A stretch of DNA of 64,000 nt from an uncultured Spirochaetota bacterium. Lineage in GTDB: Bacteria; Spirochaetota; Spirochaetia; SZUA-6; Fen-1364. Numbering within the stretch: the first letter of the stretch is position 1; each line of letters begins with the position of its first letter. Positions 9,806 to 20,472 of the stretch are shown piece after piece. The DNA lies in NCBI GenBank assembly GCA_963745235.1, contig CAVUXE010000084.1, positions 1 to 64,000 of the forward strand. The letters run 5' to 3'. Under the pieces are notes generated by a model that was not told the DNA's origin, searched no databases, and saw nothing but the letters and a program-made list of their open reading frames with translations. The translations under genes and the position numbers were made by a program.

Positions 9806-11037
9806 GCGCGACAGTGGAACGGGCAGCAGAGGAACTTCGTCGCGGCGGTATGATCATCGTAACTGACGATGCGGATCGTGAAGGCGAGGGAGACCTCATG
9901 GCGGCCGCCATCAGCGTCACGGCGGATCAGGTCAACCTCATGGCGAGCGAAGCCCGCGGCTTGATCTGCTGCGCAATCGATGCGGCCTGCGCGGCCCGCC
10001 TCGAGCTGAGCGTCCAGGTGGACGGAAAAAGGCAGGCGCTTCATGGCACGGCCTTCACGCAGAGCGTCGACTGGGTCCATGGGACAACCACCGGCATTTC
10101 CGCCGCGGATCGCGCGGCCACGCTTCGGGGCCTTGCAGATGCTGCGACCCGGCCGGAGGACCTGGCGCGTCCGGGACACATTTTTCCCATCGTTGCCCGT
10201 GCGGGAGGTGTCCTGGAGCGTGGCGGGCACACCGAGGCAGCAGTGGACCTGTGCAGGCTTGCCGGGCTTCCTCCGGCCTGCGCAATCTGCGAGATCATGA
10301 ACGATGATGGCAGCATGGCGCGAGGAGAAGAACTAGAGGAAATTGCGCGGCGTCTCGGCTTGCCTATCGTCAGTGTCGCGAATATCGTCAGGTTTCGTCG
10401 GACGAACGAAACGCTTGTTTCTCCCGGCTCCCGTGCAGCCCTGCCCACCCGGTGGGGCTCGTTCGTTCTCCACCACTTCGATTCTCCGTTCGGCTCATCG
10501 GCTGAGGGACCTCTCCTGCTGACCCGCGGCCTGACCTTCAATGGGGCGGGTCCAGGCACTGGAGGCACGGAAGGCTCGGAGGCGCCGCTCCTTGTCCGGG
10601 TCCATTCCGAGTGCAAGACGGGGGATGTGTTCGGGTCGCTGAGATGCGATTGCGGCGAGCAGCTCGCGGAAAGCATGCGCCGTATCGAGGCTGAAGGGAC
10701 GGGGGCGGTCATCTACCTGCGGCAGGAGGGCCGCGGAATTGGTCTGCCTGCGAAGCTGCGGGCCTATGAGCTGCAGGACCAGGGGTTGGACACGGTGGAG
10801 GCAAATCTGCGCCTGGGCTTCCCCGCGGACCTGCGGGACTATTGGGAGGCCGCCCAGATCCTGCGCCTGATGGGATGCACGCGCGTGCGGCTTCTCACCA
10901 ACAATCCTGACAAGGTCAGGGGTCTGACCGAGTACGGGCTTCAGGTCGTCGAGAGGATACCCCTGCACGTTGCCGGGAATCCCCACAACCAACGCTACCT
11001 TCAGGCCAAGCGCGACCTGCTTGGCCACGCCATATAA
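9802..11037 (+). CDS. ribBA: Bifunctional DHBP synthase / GTP cyclohydrolase II
   Basis: DHBP synthase motifs are [15 protein letters not shown] and GHTEA. GTP cyclohydrolase II motifs are [20 protein letters not shown] and QEGRGIGL. Confidence 0.95.
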   Translation: MSATVERAAEELRRGGMIIVTDDADREGEGDLMAAAISVTADQVNLMASEARGLICCAIDAACAARLELSVQVDGKRQALHGTAFTQSVDWVHGTTTGISAADRAATLRGLADAATRPEDLARPGHIFPIVARAGGVLERGGHTEAAVDLCRLAGLPPACAICEIMNDDGSMARGEELEEIARRLGLPIVSVANIVRFRRTNETLVSPGSRAALPTRWGSFVLHHFDSPFGSSAEGPLLLTRGLTFNGAGPGTGGTEGSEAPLLVRVHSECKTGDVFGSLRCDCGEQLAESMRRIEAEGTGAVIYLRQEGRGIGLPAKLRAYELQDQGLDTVEANLRLGFPADLRDYWEAAQILRLMGCTRVRLLTNNPDKVRGLTEYGLQVVERIPLHVAGNPHNQRYLQAKRDLLGHAI

Positions 11038-11063
11038 GAATAACTTCGCGAGGAGAACGAGCA

Positions 11064-11527
11064 ATGGAACAGATTCAGGGAATGCTGCGGGCAAACGGGC
11101 GCCGTGTTGCGCTGGTAGCGGGACGATTCAACGACCTGATTGTCAACCGTCTCATCGAGGGGGCCGTGGACTGCTTCCTCCGCCACGACGGGGATGAAAG
11201 CAATCTGGCGCTTGTCCGCGTCCCCGGAAGCCTTGAAATACCTCTTGTGGCCGGCCGCTGGCTGCAAGCGGGACCTACGACGCCGTTGTGAGCCTGGGGG
11301 CAGTAATACGCGGAGACACGCCCCATTTCGACTACGTTGCCGCCGAAGTATCGAAGGGCGTTGCTTCTGAATCCCTGCGCACGGGACGGCCCATCATATT
11401 CGGCGTGCTGACCTGTGACACGCTGGAGCAGGCGCTTGAGCGCGCAGGGGTGAAGGGCGGGAACAAAGGGTGGGACGCAATGCTTGCCGCCCTCGAGATG
11501 ATGGACCTGATGCCGCGCCTGGGTTGA
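11064..11527 (+). CDS. ribH: 6,7-dimethyl-8-ribityllumazine synthase (frameshift near 11256)
   Basis: RFNDLI and VPGSLEIP lie in the first frame, and [15 protein letters not shown] and GNKG in the second. Confidence 0.92.
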
Positions 11528-11631
11528 AGGCGCAGGTCTTTTACATTTCTTTTTCCTTCTCATGACATTCCCTGCCGACACCCGGTTATAATCCTGCTAA
11601 GATGGTCGGAAGGCGCCAAGGGGGCGTCCCT

Positions 11632-13731
11632 GTGAAGGCTCGTTACATCGGGATCATCTTCGTTGCGGCTGTCATGGTTCCCAGCGTCCTCCTTTCCGTG
11701 CTCTCCATCCGGTCGGCGGGCCGTGAAGAGGCATATATCGAAAAACAGCTGACAACGACGCTCCTTGCAGAAGTGACCCATGCCGCAAGCCTCGTCAGCT
11801 CCGGGGTGTCGGGGATTGCCGCCGAGCTCCATGCCAGCGCGCCTTCACCGTCAGGGCAGGCATACGAGGCTGCGCTCCTTGCCTGGGAGAAGCGAAACCC
11901 TCTGGTGGGCGTGCCATACCTTCTCTCAGCGGGAAACAGGATCCTCTGGCCGCCGGCAGAGAGCTCCTCGGGAGAAGAAGAGCGGATGTTCCTCCAGCTG
12001 AACTCCGATTTTCTCAGCGGCAAAGCCGCCACTCTCGTGTTCGCCAACATCGCCGTGGTACACAAGGAGCAGGTCCTCGCGGAGGCCGGGAAGCTGGATG
12101 AATCGCTGCGGCGGCAGGAGACGACAGCGGACATGAAGGCCGCCTCATCCGAAAAGACCGTGGCGCGAGCGATGGCCCGGCCCGAAGCGGGAGCCGGCGC
12201 GAAGTCCGAAATGCCAACCCCCGCCCAGCCTGAGGAGGCGGCCCCCGTGCAGTCCGAAGCGCCTTCTGCGCCCGAGTGGTCCTCTGCTCTGGAGCCGCCT
12301 TCCACTGCCAGGACGCTTTCCGCTCCGGGGGCGCCTCCCGCTCCCGGGGCGTCCGCGCCTGGCGATGCGTCATCGGCGCCCGAGGCCCTCGAGAGCCAAC
12401 GCGCAATCGACACGTTCGAGCAGAACCCCGCGGTTCAGGCGAGGGTCTACAAGAAGGCGCAGGCGCAGGGCGAGCAGTTGAATGCCCGGGTGGCGCAGCC
12501 TACGTCAAAAGCTCTCCGGGAAGCGCCGGCCGCGGCCTCAGAGTCGCAATACATCACGACATCTCGTCTCATGAGCCAGATCGCATCGCAGGGAGAGTAC
12601 GGCATCATTCCCCGGTTCATCGGGGAGAAGCTCACATTCCTCTTCTGGAGCCGCCAGAGCGACGGGCGGATCATCGGGTGCGAGATCGCTTCCGCCGCAT
12701 TCCGCCTGCGCATCGCCGGGATCCTGCCTTCCACGTATTCTCCCGTGCGCATTCTCACGGTCCTGGACGAAAGCGGGACGCCGCTTGCAACGCCTCCCGG
12801 GGCCGCCCCCCGCAACTGGCGCCGGCCTTTCGTGTCCCAGGAGATCGGCGAATCGCTTCCGCGCTGGGAGGCGGCGAGCTACCTCACCGACCCCGGCTCC
12901 ATCACCGCGCAGGCGCGCTCCGCATCGGCGGTGATCTGGATCCTGGTGTTGATCCTCTTCGTTTCGGTTGCCGGCGGAGGGACCATGGTCCTGACCTCGC
13001 TGTACGGCGAAATGCGGCTGGCGCAGAAAAAGGCAAGCTTCGTGGCCAGCGTTTCCCACGAGCTGAAAACCCCCCTGACGTCGATCAGCCTCTTCATCGA
13101 CCTGCTGCGAAGAAGCCGCAGGCCGGAGCCGCGGAAGCGGGATCGCTACCTCGCCCTCATGGCGGCGGAGACCGAGCGCCTGGGCAGGCTCATCAACAAC
13201 GTCCTGGACTTCTCCTCCCTGGAAAAAGGCAGGAAGAGATATTCGAAGCGAAGGGTCGACCTGGCCCGGATTGCTTCAGAGGTCGTTGAAGCCAGCGAGT
13301 CCGGCTCGAGGGGCTTGGCTTCACTGTCGGGTGTGAGGCGAGCCGGGCGCATGTTCGTCAACGCTGACCCCGAGGCCATGAAGCAGGTGCTCATCAACCT
13401 GCTGTCCAACGCGGAGAAGTATTCGCCGGAAGGGAAGGAGATCCAGGTGGTGGTTGTCCGCGAGGACAGGGACACCGTGGTTGCCGCGCACGTGCGTGAC
13501 CGGGGGATTGGCGTCGCGGAAAACGACCGGGAGAGGATCTTCCTGGAGTTTGTCCGCGTGGATGACTCTCTTTCGGCGCGCGTGCCGGGCACTGGGCTGG
13601 GGCTGACAATAGCGCGCAGGATCGCGCGTGATCACGGGGGAAACCTCACGTGCGCGGGCAGGGACGACGGGGGGAGTGACTTCGTCCTGGAGCTGCCCGC
13701 GGCTTCCGGGGATTTCGAGGAGCAGGAATGA
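11632..13731 (+). CDS. Membrane sensor histidine kinase
   Basis: It has two TM segments, the H-box VSHELKTPL, NLLSNAEKYS, DRGIG and GTGLGL. There is probably a compensating frameshift pair at about 13290-13348, where the other frame reads QRVRLEGLGFTV. Confidence 0.9.
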   Translation: MKARYIGIIFVAAVMVPSVLLSVLSIRSAGREEAYIEKQLTTTLLAEVTHAASLVSSGVSGIAAELHASAPSPSGQAYEAALLAWEKRNPLVGVPYLLSAGNRILWPPAESSSGEEERMFLQLNSDFLSGKAATLVFANIAVVHKEQVLAEAGKLDESLRRQETTADMKAASSEKTVARAMARPEAGAGAKSEMPTPAQPEEAAPVQSEAPSAPEWSSALEPPSTARTLSAPGAPPAPGASAPGDASSAPEALESQRAIDTFEQNPAVQARVYKKAQAQGEQLNARVAQPTSKALREAPAAASESQYITTSRLMSQIASQGEYGIIPRFIGEKLTFLFWSRQSDGRIIGCEIASAAFRLRIAGILPSTYSPVRILTVLDESGTPLATPPGAAPRNWRRPFVSQEIGESLPRWEAASYLTDPGSITAQARSASAVIWILVLILFVSVAGGGTMVLTSLYGEMRLAQKKASFVASVSHELKTPLTSISLFIDLLRRSRRPEPRKRDRYLALMAAETERLGRLINNVLDFSSLEKGRKRYSKRRVDLARIASEVVEASESGSRGLASLSGVRRAGRMFVNADPEAMKQVLINLLSNAEKYSPEGKEIQVVVVREDRDTVVAAHVRDRGIGVAENDRERIFLEFVRVDDSLSARVPGTGLGLTIARRIARDHGGNLTCAGRDDGGSDFVLELPAASGDFEEQE

Positions 13732-14420
13732 TGAAACAGAGGATCCTGGTCGCGGAAGATGATGCGGCAATCCTGACAGGGCTGGTGGACCTCCTGGAAG
13801 GGGAGGGTTTTGCCGTGGAGAGAGCGCTTGATGGGGCGGCAGCCCTTGCGTGCTGGAGCCAGAAGAAGCCGGATCTCATCCTCCTGGACGTCATGATGCC
13901 GGAGAAGAACGGCTTCGACGTGTGCAGGGAGATCCGAAGGCGGGACGCCGTCACCCCGGTGATCATGCTCACCGCCAAGGGGGAGGAGATCGACAAGGTG
14001 GTCGGCCTCGAGCTGGGAGCGGACGACTACGTGGTGAAGCCATTCGGCGCGAACGAGCTTCTTGCCCGCATCAGGGCCGTGCTGCGTCGAGGCAGGGGGA
14101 CCTCCGCGTCGCGGGATGACAGGCCCATAGAGTTCGGCGATGTCCGCGTCGACCCCCGGACCATGAAAGGCCAGCGAGGTGACACTACCTTCGATGTGAG
14201 CCCGCGGGAGCTCGGCCTGCTGCGGCTGTTCGCCTCTCGGGAAGGAGAGGCGCTGGATCGCGTCACGATCCTGGATGAGGTCTGGGGAGTCAAGTACGAG
14301 GGCACGACGCGGACCCTGGACCAGCACGTCGCGGGTTTGCGGAAGAAGATGGAGCACGACCCCGCTCACCCGCGGCACATCACGACAGTGCACGGGGTCG
14401 GCTATCGTTTCAGCTCCTGA
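13728..14420 (+). CDS. OmpR/PhoB-family response regulator
   Basis: It has LVAEDD, LLDVMMP, LTAK, GADDYVVKPF and a winged helix ending TVHGVGYRF. Confidence 0.95.
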   Translation: MMKQRILVAEDDAAILTGLVDLLEGEGFAVERALDGAAALACWSQKKPDLILLDVMMPEKNGFDVCREIRRRDAVTPVIMLTAKGEEIDKVVGLELGADDYVVKPFGANELLARIRAVLRRGRGTSASRDDRPIEFGDVRVDPRTMKGQRGDTTFDVSPRELGLLRLFASREGEALDRVTILDEVWGVKYEGTTRTLDQHVAGLRKKMEHDPAHPRHITTVHGVGYRFSS

Positions 14421-14421
14421 C

Positions 14422-16885
14422 TCAAACGCCTTTACTGTTGCGCCTCAGCATCTCCGCCACGCTCTGGTTTGTGCTCACCGCATGCCCGGGGAGCGGAAGC
14501 ACCCTCTCGTGGATGGTGTCAAGGATCCATTCCTTCTGCGGGAAGAAGCTGTCCTCCATCTCCGCCGCAGGGGTGATCCAGTTCCGCGCGCCCACCACGG
14601 CCACCGGCGCATCCAGCGAATCGAAGGCCATCTGCGAGATGTTGGAGGCCATGGTGTGGAGGAAGGACCCGCGCTCGCAGGCATCAGAGGCCAGGACGCA
14701 GCGCCCCGTCTTCCTTACGCTGTCGAGGATTTTCCCGTAGTCCAGCGGGTTGATGAACCGGGCGTCGATCACCTCCGCGGACACGCCGTACTTCTCCCTG
14801 AGAATCTTCGCCGCGTCCATGGCCCTGTAGAGCGTCGCACCGATGGTGACGATGGTGAGGTCCGTGCCCTCCTGCCTGACGGCCGGCTCGCCCTCCTGCA
14901 CCTCGTAGTACCCGGTCGGGAACGCCGCCGGGGACGAACAGCTCTCCGACGTCGTAGATGCGCTGGCTCTCGAAGAAGACCACGGGGTCCGTGCCGCGCA
15001 GCGCAAGGTTCATCATGCCCTTCGCATCGTAGGGGGTGGCGGGGAACATCACCTTGAGCCCCGGGATGTGGGCCACCAGGGACGTCCAGTCCTGCGAGTG
15101 CTGGGCGCCGTACTTGCTGCCCACCGAGACGCGAAGCACAAGCGGCATCTTCAGCACGCCCGCCGACATCGCCTGCCACTTGCAGAGCTGGTTGAACACC
15201 TCGTCGCCTGACCTGCCGAGGAAGTCGCAGTACATCAGCTCGGGGACCGCCCTGCCGCCGCACATCGCGTAGCCGACCGCCGCGCCGACGATCGCCCCTT
15301 CGGAGATGGGCGTGTTGAACAGCCGGTGGTAGGGCAGCGCCTCGGTGAGGCCGCGGTACACGGCGAACGCCCCGCCCCAGTCCCTGTTTTCCTCCCCGAA
15401 TGCCACCATGGATGGGTCGATGGAGAAGCGATGGAGCATGGCCTCGAAGATGGCGTCACGCAGCGCGATGACCTGGGACTTGGGAAGCGGCTTGCCGTCA
15501 GGCCCGACTCCCGAGCGTGACTTCTTGGCGTTCGCAATCACCCGCGGATTCTGCTCCGCGGGCAGCAGCATCTCGGGCGTTCCCTCCTGGATCTTCTCCA
15601 CGTTGCCGTTGGAGAACATCATGTCCCCGATCTGGTCATCATCCGTGGCAACGCGCGGGGAAATCTCCAGGGACACGGCCAGCTCGGTGATCCTGCGCAT
15701 CCTCTCCGAGGCTTCCTTCTGGATGGCCTCCAGGTCAGCGGCTTTTGCCAGCTTCCCCGCCACCAGGGAGTCCCCGAAGCTCTTGATGCAGTCCACGTCC
15801 TGCCAGAGCGCCACCTCTTCCTTGGTGCGATAGGAGGAGGCGTCCGACGGGGAGTGTCCCGAGTAGCGGTAGGTCACGACATCCAGGAGAACCGGGCCTT
15901 TTCCTTCCAGAAGGATCTTCCTCTTGCGCTCGATGGCATCCGCAACCGCCAGGGGGTTGTAGCCGTCCACCCGCTCCGCGTGCATCTGGTCGGGGTTCAC
16001 CCCGGCGCCGATGCGGGCCAGCACCTTGAAGCCCATGGTCTCTCCCATGGTCTGGCCGCCCATGCCGTAGAAGTTGTTGAAGAAGCTGAACATGATGGGA
16101 GGGGCGCCGCCCATCTCCTTCGGCCACAGGGTCCGGTACTGGTCCATTGCGGCCACCATCAGCGCTTCCCAGACCGGGCCGCAGCCGGATGAGCCGTCCC
16201 CGATGTTGGCAATCACGATGCCCGGCTTGCGGTTGATCCTCTTGAACAGGGCCGCGCCCACCGAGATGTCCGCTGACCCGCCCACGATGGCGTTGTTGGG
16301 CATGCTGCCGAAGGGCGCGAAGAAAGCGTGCATGGAGCCGCCCATCCCCTTGTTGAAGCCGTTCTCCCGGCCGAAGATCTCCGCCAGGGCGCCATAGAGG
16401 GAGTAGTCAACGGCCAGGTCCTGCAGAGACCCCGTGTGTCCCTTCTGCACGACGCGAAGCGGCGCTCCGCCGAAGTAGGTCTCCATGATGGCGGTGAGCT
16501 GCTGCTCGGGGAGCTTCGCGACCGCGGAAAGGCACTTGGCGATGATCTCCCCGTGGCTCCTGTGCGAGCCGAAGATGAAGTCATCCACGCCGAGGGGGAG
16601 GCACTGGCCGACAACGGTTGATTCCTGCCCGATGGAGAGGTGGGCGGGCCCCGCGTGATCGTAGGGGATCCCCTGGTAGGCGCCCTTGGTCTTGATGGTG
16701 TTGAGCATGGTCTCGAACTCGCGGATGATGGCCATGTCGCGGTATATGCGCAGGAGCGTTTCCTTCCCGTACTTTTCGGTTTCCTTCTTCAGATCCGGGA
16801 CATAGGCGTTGAGGGGGATGTCGCACAGCGAGAGCTTTCCCTGCTTGCGCGTCTCGCGCGGGTCAACGACGATTGATTTCGGCAT
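14422..16885 (-). CDS. Fused E1 alpha/beta 2-oxoacid (or acetoin-type) dehydrogenase (frameshift near 14918)
   Basis: The alpha part has [20 protein letters not shown], the GDG..NN ThDP motif and YRYSGHS. The beta part has TPISE, GAQHSQ and PATPYDAKG. The C-terminal domain is in a second frame. Confidence 0.9.
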
Positions 16886-16915
16886 ATCAGCAGTCTCCTA
16901 TTCGATACGTGGCTC

Positions 16916-18190
16916 TTATTGGGCAAGCAGCAGGTCGAACCGCGAAATGAGGCCCGCCAGGGTCTGCAGGAACCGCGCGCCTGGCGCGCCGTCCACGACC
17001 TGGTGGTTGATGGTCAGAGAAAGCCCGATCTGCGGGATGAAGCTGACGCTGCCGTCGGCGCCCGGGGCTGCCCGCGGCACGATGGAGCCGACACCGAGGA
17101 TGCCCACCTGCGGCGGATTGAGAACCGGCGTGAATGTCTCCACGCCCAGCCCGCCAAGGTTGGTGACGGTGAACGTCCCGCCCGCAAGCTCGTCCGGCGA
17201 AATCCGCCCCTCCCGGCAGGCGGCCGCCAGCCGGGCGGCTTCCGCCGCGATTGCCTTGAGGCCGAGGGCGCCGGCATTGCGGATGACGGGCACCATGAGC
17301 CCGCGCGGCGTGTCCACGGCAAACCCGAGGTGCACGTCGGCGAACTGCCTGATTGCGTCTCCCGTGAAATGCGCGTTCAGGTCCGCGTGCTGAAGGAGCG
17401 CGCGGGAAACGGCGAAGAGCACCATGTCGTTGATGGTGACGCCGCGAAGGCCCATGGTTTCGGGGCTCTCCTTGAACCGCGCGCGGAGCTCCTGGAGGGC
17501 ACGCGCGTCCGCAGAGGAGCTCAACGTGAGCTGCGCGGTTGTGGTCAGGGAAGCGAGCATCCGCTCCGCGATGAGCTTTCGAACGCCGGTCACCTTGATC
17601 TCCCGAATGCCGCCCGATGGGATGGCAGCGGCCGCGGGCCGCGGTGCGGCGGGCGCTGGCGCGGCCGTGGCACCGGCCGCTCTCCCGGCTCCGTCAGCCA
17701 TGGCTTGCTTCACGTCGCGCTCTATGATTCGGCCGCCCGGCCCGGTTCCGCGAATGCCGGAAAGGGTGACGGCGTTTGCCGCGGCAAGGGCCCTTGCCCG
17801 CGGTGACACAGCGATCTTTCCCCCGGGAACCGGGGCCGCGGGTGCTACCGTGACGGCAGGGGCGAGCGATGCCGGCGCGGTAGAGGAGGCAGGGGCTGGC
17901 GCAGACGCGGCCGCCGGCGCTGTCGCCGCCGTGGGCGTGGCGACCTTTTCTCCGGGCGTGCCGATCACGGCGATGGTGTCCAGCACGGGCACCTGGCTCC
18001 CCGCTTCACGGTAGATTGCAAGGAGCGTCCCGTCCGCGGGAGACTCGATCTCGAAGGACGCCTTGTCGGTCTCCACCTCGCAGAGGACCTCACCGGTCTT
18101 GACGGCGTCACCAACGCGTTTTTTCCAGCCGACGATGGCGCACGTCTCGACGGACTGGCCTTGTTTCGGGAGTATTACGGGGATTGCCAT
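16916..18190 (-). CDS. Dihydrolipoamide acyltransferase (E2)
   Basis: It has a lipoyl domain (ETDKAS), an E3-binding domain (GTGPGGRI), Ala/Pro linkers, [10 protein letters not shown] and the catalytic motif NHQVVDGA. Confidence 0.93.
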   Translation of the reverse strand: MAIPVILPKQGQSVETCAIVGWKKRVGDAVKTGEVLCEVETDKASFEIESPADGTLLAIYREAGSQVPVLDTIAVIGTPGEKVATPTAATAPAAASAPAPASSTAPASLAPAVTVAPAAPVPGGKIAVSPRARALAAANAVTLSGIRGTGPGGRIIERDVKQAMADGAGRAAGATAAPAPAAPRPAAAAIPSGGIREIKVTGVRKLIAERMLASLTTTAQLTLSSSADARALQELRARFKESPETMGLRGVTINDMVLFAVSRALLQHADLNAHFTGDAIRQFADVHLGFAVDTPRGLMVPVIRNAGALGLKAIAAEAARLAAACREGRISPDELAGGTFTVTNLGGLGVETFTPVLNPPQVGILGVGSIVPRAAPGADGSVSFIPQIGLSLTINHQVVDGAPGARFLQTLAGLISRFDLLLAQ

Positions 18191-18341
18191 TACGGTTCCT
18201 CACAATAATTTTCGCCCCGCCTGAGTGTCAATACGCTCGGTGTTGAGGTGCGCGCGGCGTTCACGGGGATCGATGTCCTAAACTCTTGACCCTGAAAAGT
18301 CGAACATGGTACTGTACACTCTCTCACGAGGATAAGGAAGT

Positions 18342-18650
18342 ATGTCAGGCGACCGTAATCTCCCCCCAATCGAAGAGTTTTCATCCGACAAGATCTATTG
18401 CGCCAATTGCGTTCATTGCAAGCTGATAAAGGTGCCCCGGGGAGACGGCGGCCAGTACGGGCTGAGGGTGCGCTGCGATGCGGGAAAGTGGCGCAAGAAG
18501 CTTGGTGAGGAGAAGGTGTACAAGTACTTCACGGTCGTCAGGCGGACGCTCGACCAGTGCGAGACGTACGAGCCAATGGGCGAAGTGGAGGTCTTCCTCA
18601 AAGAGCTGAAGAAAAACCTGCCCATCAAGGACGAAATTTACTCCGCATAA
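18342..18650 (+). CDS. Small Cys-rich conserved hypothetical protein
   Basis: The 102-aa ORF has an AAGGA RBS, CANCVHC plus two further Cys, and host-like codon usage. Confidence 0.75.
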   Translation: MSGDRNLPPIEEFSSDKIYCANCVHCKLIKVPRGDGGQYGLRVRCDAGKWRKKLGEEKVYKYFTVVRRTLDQCETYEPMGEVEVFLKELKKNLPIKDEIYSA

Positions 18651-18664
18651 CAGGGCAGGGTCAG

Positions 18665-19195
18665 ATGAAGATCAAGCTGTCGGTCTCTTTCCTCATTCCT
18701 GTCGCGCTGTGCGCGGTACTCAGCATGGAGAGCTGCCGCACGCAGCCAAAAGTGATCCCGGCGGATCTCAGCGCGGCGGAAAGCTTTCAGCGGGCGCAGG
18801 ATGCGGCTGACGGCGGTAACTACCTCCTGGCCATTCGCTACTACACCGCCTTTCGGGAGAACAATCCGAACAACCGGGAGCGCGACGCGTGGGCGCTCTA
18901 CGAGATAGCGTTCAATTATCACAAGATGAGGAAGAACTCCAAGGCCATGACATTCCTGGATCAGCTTCTCCAGCAATACGAGGGAGATCCCGGCGACCTG
19001 CCCGCGGCCCCACGTATTCTGGCTCAGAAGCTGAAAGACAGGCTGGGGCCGATTGTTCCAACCGGCATTCCGGCCGCCGCCGCCCCGGAAGCCGTCGCCC
19101 CGGCCCCAGCCGCGCCGGCTCCGGCACCCGCTGAACCCACGCCGGCCGCTCCAGCCGCACCTGCACCCGCAGCTCCCGCCACCCCAGCTCAGTGA
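18665..19195 (+). CDS. TPR lipoprotein (BamD/YfiO-like) with Ala/Pro-rich tail
   Basis: A signal peptide ends in ..MESC. TPR helices (FQRAQDAAD, WALYEIAF) follow, then a low-complexity PA tail. Confidence 0.7.
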   Translation: MKIKLSVSFLIPVALCAVLSMESCRTQPKVIPADLSAAESFQRAQDAADGGNYLLAIRYYTAFRENNPNNRERDAWALYEIAFNYHKMRKNSKAMTFLDQLLQQYEGDPGDLPAAPRILAQKLKDRLGPIVPTGIPAAAAPEAVAPAPAAPAPAPAEPTPAAPAAPAPAAPATPAQ

Positions 19196-19734
19196 AGCGA
19201 TTCGAGTTCTGTCCCGTCTGCGGCACAGGGCTCGCCGATCAGCGGGTCGGGAATGCTCCCGTGGATGTGCTGATCTGCTCCGCCTGCGGCTTCCACTTCT
19301 GGCAGGGCTCGAAGCCGGCCGTCGGCGTCGTTCTCCTGCGCGTCATCGCGGGCAAGCAGCAGGTCCTGCTCACGCGGCGCGGGATCGAGCCCTACAAGGG
19401 CCAGTGGGACCTCCCCGGCGGCTTTCTGGGAAACGGAGAGAGGCCGGAGGATGGCGTCAGGAGGGAGTTGCGGGAGGAGCTGGATGTGGCGGTCTCGAAC
19501 CCCAGGTTTTTTGCCTCGGAGATCGACCAGTACAACCGTGACGACATCGCCGAGCAGGCCCGCTTTGTGCTCAGTCTTTTCTTTCTGTGCGATATCCCCG
19601 CTGATGCGAGGCTTGTTCCCGCGGATGACGTGGTTGAAGCGGCCTGGTTCCCCCTGGACAAGCTCCCCGCGGAGCTCGCGTTCGATTGCAACCGCAGGGT
19701 GCTCACGAAAGTCAAAGCGTCCTTCGGCGCGTGA
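19192..19734 (+). CDS. NUDIX hydrolase with N-terminal zinc ribbon
   Basis: It has FCPVCG..CSACG and the Nudix box GGFLGNGERPEDGVRRELREELD. Confidence 0.9.
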   Translation: MKRFEFCPVCGTGLADQRVGNAPVDVLICSACGFHFWQGSKPAVGVVLLRVIAGKQQVLLTRRGIEPYKGQWDLPGGFLGNGERPEDGVRRELREELDVAVSNPRFFASEIDQYNRDDIAEQARFVLSLFFLCDIPADARLVPADDVVEAAWFPLDKLPAELAFDCNRRVLTKVKASFGA

Positions 19735-19740
19735 GCTTCT

Positions 19741-20385
19741 TCAGCCCGGGGTTGCTTCGCTTGCTTCACGCCCAAGGGACTCGGTGAGCCGCAGGAGCTT
19801 TTCCTTGTCAATCAGAGCGACGGTTTCTTCCGTGATTCCCAGAATGCCCTCGTCCCTGAGGACGGCGAACACCTTTCGAACGTCGTCCATCGGGGTCTCG
19901 AACGCAAGCGACACGTCGTCCAGCGTGCTCTGAAAGGGCACCGTGGTCTGCCCGGCGGGGAGCTCTTGGAAGAGATAGCGCAGGTGGAGGGCCACCTGGC
20001 CTTTCGCGTCCCTTTTGACGAGGTGCTGGATCTGCAGGTGGGCATTCTGAAGGCGTCGGCAGAGCTTGTCGATGATGGACAGGGCGATGCGCGCATTGCG
20101 CGTGATCATGTTCTGCAGCCCTTCCCGATCGAACACCAGCAGCTCCACGGCGTCCACCGCCGTCACGGTAGCGGTGCGGCGGGTGCGGTTCACGATGGCC
20201 GTCTCACCGAAGAAGTCACCTTTCTCGAGAATCGAGACGACGTGAACCTTGTCGGCAAAACGCTTGCTGACGCGGACTTTTCCCTTCTGAATGATGTACA
20301 TCTCCTCGCCCTCTTCCCCTTCGCCACAGATGACGGCGCCAGGGGCATAGGACTTGGTGAAGCGCTGCAGGAGCTCGTCTGGCAT
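19741..20385 (-). CDS. Crp/Fnr-family cyclic-nucleotide-binding protein
   Basis: The cNMP domain has EMYIIQKGKV, GDFFGE and RTATVTA. A winged-helix-like segment is C-terminal. Confidence 0.85.
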   Translation of the reverse strand: MPDELLQRFTKSYAPGAVICGEGEEGEEMYIIQKGKVRVSKRFADKVHVVSILEKGDFFGETAIVNRTRRTATVTAVDAVELLVFDREGLQNMITRNARIALSIIDKLCRRLQNAHLQIQHLVKRDAKGQVALHLRYLFQELPAGQTTVPFQSTLDDVSLAFETPMDDVRKVFAVLRDEGILGITEETVALIDKEKLLRLTESLGREASEATPG

Positions 20386-20472
20386 GGCAGAGAGCAACTA
20401 TAGAGGAAAGCCGTCACATCGTAAAGCGCAAGCGGCGGGCTCTGCGCATCGTATGAAGGTGTGGAGGCTTCC

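Noticed and set aside
18202-18231. TTGACA-N18-TATTGT promoter for the E2 gene
   Set aside because: The predicted start site would fall downstream of the apparent SD, which is too ambiguous to call.
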